From positions 620,001 to 684,000 of the forward strand of contig NC_134034.1 of assembly GCF_964204645.1 (NCBI RefSeq): a stretch of DNA of 64,000 nucleotides. The letters are read 5' to 3'. Origin of the DNA: Tubulanus polymorphus. Lineage: Eukaryota > Animalia > Nemertea. The notes below the pieces were generated by a model that saw nothing but the letters and a program-made list of their open reading frames with translations, was not told where the DNA came from and made no database searches. Below, one piece after another: positions 49,530-63,021 of this stretch; within the stretch, counting starts at the first letter, position 1, and each line of letters begins with the position of its first letter. A program made the position numbers and the translations under genes.

Positions 49530-52500
49530 ATGTTGGCAGTTTCACTGTTAGTGACTACGTTACTCGTCGTCTCTGTTACATCAACTAGAGGTAAAGGTGT
49601 TACTGTGAGATTTTCACGGCACGATGATTTAAAACCCTACCATCAGAATGAAAAATGAAGTTCGAAATTAGCTAATCGCTTAGTGTGACAGAACTCGAAG
49701 TGTTCAACGGTTATTAATAGACGGCTTTAAACTGTGATTGGCTAAGAATTTCTTTTTTTCTAATATTGCAACAAAAAATGGATATTGTCACCACTCAATC
49801 ATAACCGAAACCCTAGCTCACGATAACCCTAACCCTAGCAGGACTCGAACCTGCCGCCTTGACCATGCCAGCCAAGCGCACTAACCACTAGACCATAGAC
49901 CAGTAGTGGAGGCGATATGTGTAAATTTTTCAGTTGATCGTTGTGACCACATTTGCCGCGGTGATCAGTCAGGTGTGGTGACTTTTAGCAAAAAATACCC
50001 TGTTTATGTATTTCGCAATTAGTTGTCAAATGCTCTATTTTTTGTGACAATGTTCCAGGATAACAATTCCAAACGGTCAAAAAGCGTTTGCGATAAAAAC
50101 ACTTAAAATGCAACTTTAAATAATGCGAGACGGATTGTACTTAAAAACGGTTCATCTATAAATCTTCGTGTCATATTCAATACATGAGGTATCGTTCAAA
50201 CGATGATACATAAGAAAATATATCGATGGATTTCATTTCCCGAATTTCAACTTTTTTCATCACTATTCTTAGCAATCGAACTGTAAAATTTCCATAAAAA
50301 ATACCATTTTTGAACGTGTTACTGAAGAAACTTTTCATGATATAAAACAAAATCTGTTTAAAAATGCTGAAACGAAAAACTATAATTTCCGTTATTTTCG
50401 AATTTTCAGCTCATCCCAAAAATGTTCACGACGCCATATTGAGAATAAATGCGCGCGCAGCCGCGGGTATGGATACGGTGACCGATAAAATCCTCAGCAT
50501 CAACGAAAAAGGTTAAAAAGGAATTTTCTAGAACGACAGAATTATTAATAAACTGATATAGTTATGAATTATTGATATTTGTTAACTGGATAATGAATTT
50601 CCTCAGTGTTTAATTCATCGATCATTTGAATTGATTTAAATCCAGTTGGGGAGGAGAAATAATTTCGTAATTACGGGACTCGAATCGATGCCTAAAATGG
50701 CGTACCATAAGGTAACATTGTAAGCCCAATTCCATTCTGCGGCCAGTTGTTCAAAACTTGGTTTAAGATAATAAGTGGATAAATACCAAACCTACAATAA
50801 GAACTTTTAATTGTCACTACCTATGTCAACTATCAACTGGTTAACTCTAAACCAACTTTTGAGCAACTGACCCTATCAGGGATTAAACTATAAGCAATCG
50901 CACCTTGAATACCCGACCATCATGTGCTCGTGTCATTGTGACGATAGTTTTCGTTTGTATACACCTGATTCAAGATTTTCCTTAACAAACATAACTAAAC
51001 TGTTGCTACGAGAATGGCGTATGATAAGGTAACATGTTAAGTCCATGGACTATACTTTTGAGAATGTGCAGAAAACCCTTGATCGCATCATGCACGATTT
51101 TCGCTGATATTTTGATGACTTGCTGCGGCAATGATCAATAATTTTTATTTTACAGAAAAGAACAGTGAAAATGGCGAGAAGATGCCCCCGATAGAGGGCG
51201 GAGATATCGCTACTGACCCAAATGCTCCACATCACGCGGGTAACGTCACAAAACGGGCCTCGCAAATGGCGAGAGAAAGACTTTGGCCATCGAGAGTTAT
51301 CCCGTACGAGTTGGATTCTAGTCTCGCAACAGGTAACCGAGTCAGGCTTTTGTTGCTTTTGTTAAGAATTGTCTACACTATTATTCTAAAACAATTATCA
51401 TTTTGAATATCTTGGTTCTATAAACAACTTAATAAGACCAGTTGAAGCTCATTTTGGTTCCATAACCAATCTAACAACTATAGACCGGTCTGAACTCATT
51501 TTAGTTCTATAGCCAAACAACTTAAGAATTGTCTGCACTTATTCTAAATAATTATCATTTTGAATATTTCGACAGGTACGAAAACTCTAATCAGAGATGC
51601 AATGGACGGCTACGAGGCGAAAACTTGTTTGAAATTTACCGAGAAAACTGACAGCGATACAAACTGGTTACGGTTCTATAAAGGATCAGGGTGAGTTTAA
51701 ATCATGTTGATCCCAGGGAGGTTCCAGGGCAGCGGCAGATCCAGGTGCACATGAGCCCCCTTCCTAATTTGTGCACCTTCTCCCTGAAATCCTGGATCCG
51801 CCGCGCCGCAGGGACGGGTTCGAGGCGACTCCAGTGGCTTTTGCACTGATTAAGCGCCATTTTTGTCCATGACTGAAGTATTTACTGGATGTGTTTATGA
51901 CAAAATGTTTTAACGCCTGGATTGGATCGTAACAAAATCTCCTCGTGGAAAGCCAACGTGTATCAAAGTGCTTTTTATTATAGCTGTTAGATTAAAACAA
52001 AATATGGAATTTTGTATTTACAACTTAAATCTGTGAATACTTACTTGGACTTCGTTTTGCCAATAATTCTGTATAAAAAGAATGTTTAGTAAATCAGATA
52101 ACATTATTTTTGACATCTTTTTCTTTTTTATACTTCAGTTGTTGGTCCTATATAGGGCAGCTTTACTACCAATCAGGAAGCCAGGACGTATCGATCGGGA
52201 GAGGTTGTGAAAGCATCGGCATTATTCAACATGAGATAATGCATGCTTTGGGTAAGACTCTCTCCTGGCTCTCTCCCTCTCCTGGCTCTCCCTCTACTGG
52301 CTCTCCCTCTCCCTCTCCCTCTCCTGGCTCTCCCTCTCCAGGCCCTCCCTCTCCCACCCCCTCTATCTGAAATTCTTGTTGGATCGTTTTGATAACTCTA
52401 ATGCCGAGTATAATGAAGAGACTCAATTTTGAATTGCAGGATTTTATCACGAGCAGTCGAGACCGGATCGCGATTCACACGTTGAGATCATGTGGGAAAA

Positions 52501-55500
52501 CATCGAGGAAGGTAAAATGAAATTAAGTATTTGTGATTGTTTTGTGGATGAGATTAAAGTGCGACCACCGAATAACCGCTAGTGACTATAGCTGATCCCC
52601 ACTTGCCGCAGTACGGTACTGTCTATTTAAATGATTTTGCTCTTTCACTCATAGGTAAAGAACACAATTTTGATCGCAAATCGCCGGGAACCGTCGACAC
52701 TCATGGAACCATTTATGATTACGATAGTCTGATGCATTACGGCAAATATGCTTTCTCCAGTAATGGGAAACCAACTATAAACAGCCTCAGTGGAGCTACG
52801 ATCGGACAACGAACCGGACTGAGTGATATTGATATTTTAGATGTACTTGCTTTCTACTCCTGCGAAAACGGTAGGTCTTAACCTAAACCAAACATGATCG
52901 TTTCATTTCGAAAACGAAGATACAAGAACTTCAAAGTTCCTGATGCGATTTTATTTGTCTCTGAATCCAATTCCACAATCTTGTGGGTTTAATTTGACTC
53001 AGGATCCAGTCCCAACAGTAGAACTCAATGTATTCAGTTTATTTTAATTAAGCGATATATACTTGGATAACTGTTGAACCGTGGGTTAGTATCTGAGTAT
53101 CTATTTGCGATAATAATTTTCCATTGTTTTACAGACAAGAGTGATCAGCTTTCGACGTGGTCAGTTTGGTCATCACCGTGTACTTCGCAATGTAAAAAAA
53201 CACGTCAACGTTTTTGTTTCACTGGCAACTGTCCAAATACGAACGAATACGACGTCGAATCGGAAACAGTTGCCTGCACGCAGGCCGAATGTAACGGTAA
53301 ATAAAAACACGTTCATCATGGCTCACAACTCGAAGTCCAGAGTTTGTGCAATCACGGCCTAGATTTAAGACCATTCGTAGCTCATTTCGGGTATAAGCCA
53401 ATCTAACATCTAAAGATTAATACTTTTGCACTAGATATCCGTCTAAGATGTTCTACGTGTATTGCGCGGAATGTCCTTCGTGTAGCCATGAATGTATCAC
53501 AGAATACTCGACAGACCCTCGTTTTGCATATTGACACTAATTATAAAGACTTATTTGCATAATTTATCTATCTTTTAAATGTTAATAGATTTCCTACTTA
53601 TGAATTAGTTTGTGATCGCGGTATCTTTTCACGCAGCGCCAATCGACGGGCATTGGTCGAAATGGGCCACGTGGACTGCATGCACCGGTGTGTGCGGTAC
53701 ACCTGGAACTAAAACACGAACTCGTAGCTGTAACGACCCTGCACCGAAAAATAATGGCGCCGACTGCAGCGGTGACAAAACACAAACAGTTGACTGTTTG
53801 ACAGCGCTATGTGAAGTGGGTAAATATCAAACTTAGGTATCTATATCACAGTCTAGAACTGTGTATCTAATGAATACCATCAGAGTCTGGAACTCGCATC
53901 CCATCAGGCTGCACACCTTCAGCCGGAATCCCCATCCTTTTATACAATTGTTACAATTTTTGATCGTCCGTATTATAAAACTGTGGACTCATCATCCTCA
54001 GCCCTTCAGACAGGAGATACTATACTTTATCACCATTGTTCCGAGATACATTTTATCAGAACACTTTCAAAAACTGATCGTCCACACTTCCCATGTGTTC
54101 AGTATTTCACGGGAGACATTTCCAATTGAAAATGAACTACAAACACCAGATATTAGAAATTTTATCAGCACACTTTCAAAAACTAATCGTCTACACTTAT
54201 AATGACATGAACTCCAATTGCGACGCTTTTTGATAAATGAGGTTGCCATCGTGTTTTCCAGGAATCGGTTCGCAGTTTGAACATGGCGATTACGATTTGT
54301 GGTTAGACGTGGGGGGGACGACGGGAGCTACTTGGATCATCAAAAATAAAGGCACGCCATCTAGTTACACCGGTGCTTATGATGACCACACGCTGCAGGA
54401 CAACACGGGTAAAGTTGCGAATGATATCAATCACGTTTAACCTTTCAGTACGTCTACACCGCAGTGCGGTGTATAAATCAGTGATTGACTTTGCTAGTAA
54501 ACAGAATCAGGGTGGATTGATGGAATTAGTAATTGCTTTTTATTCATATTTAAAGATGGCAGCACCTGTTAAACATAGTGAAATATATTAGTAACTAACG
54601 ATACACCGCACCGCGGTGTAGACGCACTATAGTGGTATTCCCGTTATTCAACACACTAGGGTGGAGTTTTTCATAATTTTTAAATCATCTCCAACACTTT
54701 CGGGTATTTATTAGTCAGCACTGTAGGAAACTCGCTTGTTGGCAAATTAAGTACAGAATAATCAGTCCACTGTTCTGATACTGATGTCTACTATCGTCGA
54801 TCAATTTCATGATCACCTCAGCAGCTCTTATCCAACGAAATGCTTTATTGAATCCTGTACTGCTGTGATTTCTTTCAAGGCTGAGCTTAAACCATTTCTT
54901 TTCAGGCATTTTTTTAATTTGTAAATACCATCTAGCTCTGTAGACAGTATACGGAGTATGGTTTATAAGAAATATTGCTAATCGTTATTCATTTATTTTG
55001 TAGAAATGTTATTTGAAACCGTAACGTAAAAACTACGCCATTTTTAACAAGCATATGTATTATATGCATGAATAGTGAATTCGGATTTATTTCATTCAGG
55101 ACATTTCATCTACATCGAGGCATCAGACTTAGAGGAAAACGACGAGGCTATTCTCGAATTGAAGAAAGTGACGTCAAGTGCTACTTGTAAAATGCATCTT
55201 TGGTATAACATGCGAGGCGCGACGATCAATACACTGAGCGTAACGGCAAATGGCAACACTATCTTCACTAAATCCGGCAACCAAGGTGAAGGTTGGAAAG
55301 AGGCCATCATGACGGTTCCAAATGGAGATGATATTACAGTAAGATATGTATTCATAGCAGGGCAAGGAAGAATTAGACCTTGGTTTAACAGTCGGACCAT
55401 GCATCAGTCCACCACCATAGATCTGGTTGTCCTCAGGCAGTCTCTCATCACCTCTTTATCAAATGGACTTCAAACACCAGATAATAAGCATTAACTCTTA

Positions 55501-58500
55501 AAAACTAACCATCGACACTTCATATGTGTTCAGTGCTTCATCTGAGACATTTTTGATTAAAATGAACTACAAACACTTGACGACGATGAGGATGATTTCA
55601 GGCCTAGAGGTCTGGATGGGAAGGGCATGTACGTGACATCGTGAAATAAACATTGACATTAATCATTTCAGATGCAAATTCTCGGCACCAGGGGTCTCGA
55701 CTTTCGAGGTGATATTTGTGTCGATGACATCAAATTTGTAAATTGTCCCCCAAAAAGTAAGTTCCGGAAATATCCAAGGCATCCGGATCGACGTCCTTGA
55801 ATCGGACAGTTAAAAACCCTGATGCTAAATTATTACCTTCTTCACTTTCCCAGGAGATGGAGTCTGGACCGATTGGGGAAATTACGGAAGTTGTAGTGTT
55901 ACGTGCGGCGATGGCACTAAATTGAGGACGAGGACTTGTACGAATCCGTCCCCGCAAAATGGCGGCGCGAACTGTGTCGGTCCAAACAGCGAAACGACAT
56001 CGTGTAACGACGGGGTTTGCGGGGGTAATGCGACTTAACAATCAAACACATCATCCCTGCTTAACCTGCAGCGCCATCTACGGGAGACCTTCTAAAGCTT
56101 ACAACAATTTCACCAAAACCGAATTATACAAAATGCGCTTCAGCTTGCGGTTAACCTTCTAATGATAACAACAATTTCACCGAATAGAATTCCATCAAAA
56201 TTCAGGGGGTGCAGCCATCTTTCGGGTAGGATCAATATCCACTTGCTTCATAAGGTAATCCTTGCGAATTCAGGATAAAATTCATAATCGCGCTGGCGTG
56301 CCTTTCTGCTTTCGTCCATTTCTGCGCGAGAAACATCGTCATCGATTAGCTTACATTCCGCGTTGCGGCGGTATTCATTTTCCTAGCAGGTTCGAATCCT
56401 GAAAACAGGAAATACTCTTCGATGCATTGAATGGCCGGTTAAGAACGTTCTGAAGGTCTTATATTTTCATCACTTGTTATAAACACGCGCGCCATCTAGC
56501 GGAATAGTTCTTAACCGCTTTTTATATTCTTTAGCTTTTACACGGTTTTATTATCACAACATTTAAATCATTGTAGTGGTTGACGGTAAATGGAGCGACT
56601 GGGGTAATTACGGAAGTTGTAGTGTCACTTGTGGAGACGGCACTAAAACACGGACGAGGACTTGTACAAACCCGGCTCCGTCGAATGGTGGCGCCAACTG
56701 TGTGGGTGATGCCAGTGAGTCTACAAGCTGTAATGACGGTGCCTGCCCAGCAGGTAGTGTTATTTATTTCAATTCAACTCCAGATTCAACTGGATATTTA
56801 CACATATTATGCAAATAAAGTTATATTTGGTGTACGTAACTTAAACGATTGGGTAATTGGGAAAAGTAAAGATATTTACATAATGCGTGCAAATTAGCAG
56901 ATATCACGATCAATTTGTAGTTGATGGAGGATGGAGCGACTGGGGTGATTACGGAAGTTGTAGTGTCACGTGTGGAGACGGCACTCAAACACGGACCAGG
57001 ACTTGTACAAACCCGGCTCCGTCGAATGGTGGAGCTGTTTGTGTTGGTGATGCCAGTGAGTCTACAAGCTGTAACGATGGCGCCTGCCCAGGTAGAGTAT
57101 TCTATTTCAATTCAACTCCAGAGGATATCAATGTTTGCTAAATTAATATGGAAAGTATCCATCTACGACACAAGCTATGGTTACATAGAAAATTCATAAT
57201 ATTCAATTGAATCATGAATATCAGCTATTGATGACTAAATTACTTGTAGTTGATGGTGGCTGGAGCGACTGGGGTAATTACGGAAGTTGCAGTGTCTCAT
57301 GTGGTGATGGCACTAAAACACGGACGAGGACTTGTACAAACCCGGCTCCGTCGAATGGTGGAGCTGTTTGTGTTGGTGATGCCAGTGAGTCTACAAGCTG
57401 TAACGATGGCGCCTGCCCAGGTAGAGTATTCTATTTCAATTCAACTCCAGAGGATATCAATGTTTGCTAAATTAATATGGAAAGTATCCATCTACGACAC
57501 AAGCTATGGTTACATAGAAAATTCATAATATTCAATTGAATCATGAATATCAGCTATTGATGACTAAATTACTTGTAGTTGACGGTAAATGGAGCGACTG
57601 GGGAAATTACGGAAGTTGCAGTGTCTCATGTGGTGATGGCACTAAAACACGGACGAGGACTTGTACAAACCCTGCTCCGTCGAATGGTGGAGCTGTTTGT
57701 GTTGGTGATGCCAGTGAGTCTACAAGCTGTAACGATGGCGCCTGCCCAGGTAGTGTTTTTTTATTTCAATTCAACTCCAGAGGATATCAATGTTTGCTAA
57801 ATTAATATGGAAAGTATCCATCTACGACACAAGCTATGGTTACATAGAAAATTCATAATATTCAATTGAATCATGAATACCAGCTATTGATGACTAAATT
57901 ACTTGTAGTTGATGGTGGATGGAGCGACTGGGGTGATTACGGAAGTTGTAGTGTCACGTGTGGAGACGGCACTCAAACACGGACGAGGACTTGTACAAAC
58001 CCGGCTCCGTCGAATGGTGGAGCTGTTTGTGTGGGTGATGCCAGTGAGTCTATCAGTTGTAACGATGGCGCCTGTCCAGGTAAATAAGTTAATTTTAATT
58101 CGAAAATTCTAATATTTGCATACATTATGCTGATTATCTATGTCACTAAGAAAACTAATCTATAAGGGATAAAGCCCAGATGAGTTACAAGCTTGGACCT
58201 AACACTCAAAACAGAGTTCTCCACCGGTTCCAGGGTCAAGAATTCATTTAGAACGACTGATTTCAACTCTATACAAAGATAATGATGTATTGTGGAACTG
58301 ACTTTTCTGGAGGCCATATGCGTGTTAAAATGTAAAACTGTTGAGTGGTATGTTTATTTACAGCCGCTCAGCTGAGTACAGATTTTGAGAATGGCTTCGA
58401 TCAATGGGGCACTGTGGGTAGCCCTACCTGGAATATCGGGCAAGGTACAACTCCGTCTTACAGGACTGGTCCCACGTTTGATCACACTCTCAGGTCACCA

Positions 58501-61500
58501 GACGGTTAGTTATTTTTCATTTGATTTGTATAAGTTAAACTTATTACATGACGCATCAATCTGTAACTTGGAACCTCTATGTTTGGTGTTTCTAGTTCTT
58601 TTTCAATTAAACATATGCCTTGGGCGATGTACCAAATACATCTGAAGTGTGGACGATTAAGATTCGAAAGGAAAAGCCATCATCGAATTCTGTGTACACG
58701 TCATCGAATTCTGTGTACACGTCATCGAATTCTGTGTACACGTAGTTTAATTATGTGCGCCTATATTTCAAGGTCATTACGTTTTTATGGAAGCCTCACC
58801 GTTGCGCAAAAATCAGAAAATCGTTATGGAAACGACAGAATTTACGAGCAACAGCGACCAGTGTCTGAACTTCTACTACCATATGTACGGTACATCAATG
58901 GGTGAACTATCCGTGTTAGTCGACGGGGAAGAAACATTCGTCAGTCGGGGCAACCTTGGAAATCAGTGGGTCTTAGGATCCGCCCCTGTGCCCAGTGGGT
59001 CTGCGAAAGTAAGTAGTTGGAATTATTGTAAGCTATATATTCGAGGAGAGTGGAGTGCAATAAAGGGTGCAGTGGGATCGAACAGGGTACATTAGGGTGC
59101 AGGATGCCAGTAGGGTTTGTGGCAGGATGCAGGCACAGAGGATGAGGTACCGGGTGCAAGCACGTACAGTTATTTATTTTACCATGTTCTGTTATAGATA
59201 CGGATCCAAGGTAAGCGAGGACGCAGTTATCAATCTGATATGGCTATTGATGATATCAAACTAGAAGCAAATTGTAGAATAAAGCCAACAGGTAAGCACC
59301 AATCATTTCGTTTCTACCGTCGTTCACTGTATGTATGCATAATGCATCGTCCCCATCTCTTTAAAACCGATCAATTCGACTCCAGGTTAAAGTCTACTAG
59401 GTTTAAAACTGGTTTTTCGGTTCCGTTACAGACGATGTACCATTTGATACCGGTTTGAGAAATTGGAAAAATGTCGGTAAACTGAACTGGGAAATAATCC
59501 GCGGGAAAACCCCTTCTTATAACACAGGACCAAGTAAAGATAGATTCGGCAATTTAGGTATTTTCCTCGTTATAAACAACGTGTTCAGTTTACTAGTGAC
59601 GACCTTTTCGTTCTCGATGACTTCAACGATTCAGTAAAATTATGTTTAATTTGATTTGTAGCCGGTAAGTACGCGTATATGGAGACATCAGGCAAAAGGA
59701 AGAATGATAAGGCTATTTTACGGCTGGAAGGACTGGACTTGGCCAGCGATGGATGTTTCAATTTCTACTATCACATGTACGGCAAGGATATGGGAAAACT
59801 GATCGTAGAAGTGAACGGCAATGAAGAACTTGAGATTGAAGGTGATCAGGGCGATGAATGGAAGAATGAAATAGTTCCAATAGCTGCCGGTTCTGATATC
59901 ACGGTAAACACGTTAATTAACTATATGTTGAAGATGGATGAATTAATGCTTACAAGTTAAGCCAGTGAATCCAGATCAGATTAAGCCAGTGAATTCACTG
60001 GATCCAGTGAACGTACGGTCAAAATCCAAAAATGTTCATATACTGGTTTCAAGTAATAAGATTGGCTACAGATCAAAAACGCGCTGAGACTGGTCAATCT
60101 GACTAGCTGCGCAGCCCATTAAGACTGCAGTCCAGTCCGGTCCCAGCTCTTCGTTTGTGGTTTGTTTGTTATTGCATTAATCGATTTTGAGTTTATTTGT
60201 TTGAACAGGTTGATATGAAAGGAGTAGTTGGTGACTCTTATAAGTCTGATATCGCCATTGATGATTTAACATTCACCGACTGTTCAGAGGTTGTACCAGG
60301 TAAACAAACATTTTTTTTTCAAAAACAAAGAATATGTTTAGATTAAGCTGTTTTCAAAACTTAGAGAGTAGTGACGTTTAGATTCAATTCTAATCATGAT
60401 ACGTCACTCCTCTCTTAGTCTTATCAGAAATTGTGCCCTTCTTCTTGAACTATGTTATCGATATTCACCTGGTTTGTGGAAACCAACATTTTGTTGTTGT
60501 TGTTTTTTCGCAGTTAACGGGAATTGGGGACCGTGGTCCCCGTACTCGGCTTGCAGCGTTACTTGTGAAACTGGTCAGAAAACTAGAACTCGCAAGTGTA
60601 ACGACCCAGCACCGAAATACGGAGGAAGTGATTGTTCGGGTAGTGACACACAGACTGAGTCGTGTACGATGCCATCTTGTTTCGGTTAGTTTCAACTTGC
60701 GAGTATCTTTTCCTTTCTTGCAAAAGAATCATTTTGTATAAAATCAAGGTAGAATTCTATTCTCAAATTAAACCTCTGAATAAATGTCGGAATCCACTGT
60801 ATTTCACAAACTCTTACTATGGATCGTCGAGGATACAAACTACAAATTGTATATGTGCCTTTTATTGAATAGATTCCGACTTTGAGAAGGGATACAATGG
60901 TTGGCAAACGTCCGGGCCGAAAAAGTGGAGACGCTACAGAAAACCAACACCTTCTGTTCAGACAGGACCAAGGGGAGATCACACATCTGGATGGGGTGAG
61001 CTTTGAATATATTATATCCCGACACTCTGACTATAGTAATAATGATAATGATAGATGTCACAGATAGAATCCTTTAGATTCACGGAATGTTGGGATTCGA
61101 ACCCTGCTTTGCTGAGAAGCCGTTATTGCTGCCTTGCAGCTATATTGATTCGTTATGTCTGATCACTGAATATTAAACTGCCTCATGTACAATATCTAGG
61201 TTATTACATGTACGTGGAAGCGTCCAGTATGAGTCCAGGGGATGTTTTTACAATGTCGAAAACTGCTACCGTCAACTCTGCTGGAAAGTGTCTACAATTC
61301 GCCTATCACATGTACGGTTCTAATATGGGCTCGCTGAAAGTCATGAGGGACTCTGCGGAAATTGAGAGGATCTCCGGAAACCAGGGCAATAGTTGGCACG
61401 AGAAATCGATACCGGTATCGACGGGAACATTCACAGTAAGACCTCTACAAACAGTTTCAAAATGCAATTACTAATTTCAATATGCTTACATTTGAAGATA

Positions 61501-61726
61501 TTCATTTGAATAATGTCAAGGTTCAGAACCTGATTATGAAAAAATGCATCATTTTAACGTATTCTATCCCTTAATATTCAATTTGCTCCACAAGGTAATA
61601 GTTGTTTAACTGGTCCTCGAATACGATCTTCCAATTCTCTCTTTCCAGGTGAAATTTGTCGGAATTGTAGGCAGCAGTTACAGGTCCGACATTGCTGTCG
61701 ATGATATCAAAATTATCGACTGTTAA
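49530..61726 (+). CDS. Secreted astacin-family zinc metalloprotease, copy 2 (same domain architecture as copy 1)
   Basis: Exon-for-exon paralogue of 28793-47412: signal exon from 49530, HEIMHAL|GFYHEQSRPDRD, SLMHY, TSP1 exons starting near 53134, 53636, 55854, 56577, 56921, 57250, 57579, 57909 and 60514, four MAM domains, and stop at 61724-61726. No stops or frameshifts noticed. Confidence 0.92.
50741..50872. mobile_element. MITE present only in the copy 2 intron
   Basis: TIRs GGCCAGTTGTTCAAAACTTGGTTTA and TAAACCAACTTTTGAGCAACTGACC. Absent from the paralogous intron at about 30410-30450. Confidence 0.7.
54446..54629. mobile_element. MITE with TIRs of about 29 bp
   Basis: CAGTACGTCTACACCGCAGTGCGGTGTAT and ATACACCGCACCGCGGTGTAGACGCACTA. 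Absent from the corresponding short intron of copy 1. Confidence 0.7.
56921..58079 (+). repeat. Tandem exon-plus-intron duplication, unit about 329 bp (TSP1 cassette)
   Basis: Units start at 56921, 57250, 57579 and 57909, with near-identical introns (TTCAACTCCAGAGGATATCAATGTTTGCT...). Confidence 0.92.
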
Positions 61727-61959
61727 AATGAGTAAGGTATATTTTCCTAAAGAGATTTAATAACGAATCCATTCTGAATACTTGTATATTGTACTATTTT
61801 ATTTCATTTCCAGTTCGATTCATGATTTACATCATGCTTTGAGAGAAGTTAAATCTGATGTGTCCACTAAATTTGAAAATAAAACACAAATACTTTCTCC
61901 AAAATTACCTCTTTATCGTTCATTTTGGGTTTACGATTGTTGGTAGAAGCTTGGTTGAA

Positions 61960-62018
61960 CCTGATTGGTTCCAAAGAGCTTGGGGCACTAAAACACGGAC
62001 GGGGACTTGCACAACCCA
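61960..62018 (+). pseudogene. Orphan TSP1 exon remnant
   Basis: GGCACTAAAACACGGACGGGGACTTGCACAACCC nearly matches the GTKTRTRTCTNP-coding core of the TSP1 exons but lies downstream of the copy 2 poly(A) signal near 61879. Confidence 0.55.
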
Positions 62019-63021
62019 ATCATCAATGTCGGGTGAAAATTAAAACACCTCGCTTCTCGAGGCTGATGAGAAAATACAGATGATACAATGATGATTAAAG
62101 TCATTTAACAGATTAAAACATCAATAATTGTTAACTCGCAAATAATGCGGAAATGTTTACAAGATGAGGACCCACAAATATCCCGCCAGATGTCGCTTTC
62201 GGTAGTAATTCTTAATTGTTCCATTTGGTTCTCGTAATTGCTTCCAATAGAGGCTCGATTTGAACCTGATGGTTCTCCGAACGTTCACTATGTGACAACA
62301 AACTAATAGCATGGTTCGAACCCAACTAGTCATTTGGATTTCGACGCATCGATAACGGAATGACCCTGTCCCAGTTCGACAGAGCTCAGATGTGACTCTT
62401 TACGTGTGACTCGTGACGTCAAGGCCAGCGTGTGGTCACTATGCGCGTACGTACGCGAAATCGTCAACTATTAATGCTGGGGTTCGAACCTAACCTCTGA
62501 TTGCGAAGTTATCGGAGATATGATATTCAAAGAGAAACCCATTATAGTTGCTGCAATGGAAAAACATCCTGCAATCATCTGATGACAAATACGAATCGCG
62601 TGTTTCAAATTTTATTTGAATAATGATCGCGACGGATGGAAAGCGGTCGAGCGATTTAACACGACAAAACACTAAAAACATCGCATCAATTGCAAAAGCG
62701 TTAAATCAATATTACGGGAATTTTCCTTTTTTTCACATGCATCGAGTAACGAGGAAATCGCGAACAATAATAGCTGTTAGTTAGGGGGTAGTGGCGGTAC
62801 AGACCGCTAGGGGGAGACACCGGGCACGATTTCAGTATCTAGAACGCAGTTGCGCACGAAATTACAAATTTTAAATCCACACAAATTGTTTGAACGAGAT
62901 TGAAATCGAATGACAGTTTGTGTACACACCGCTAGGAGGCGTCACCGGGGATGATCTCAGTATTTTCACGTGTGAAATCTGTTTGTTTTTTACTCGACCA
63001 CTAGGGGGAGTAACCGGCGGT

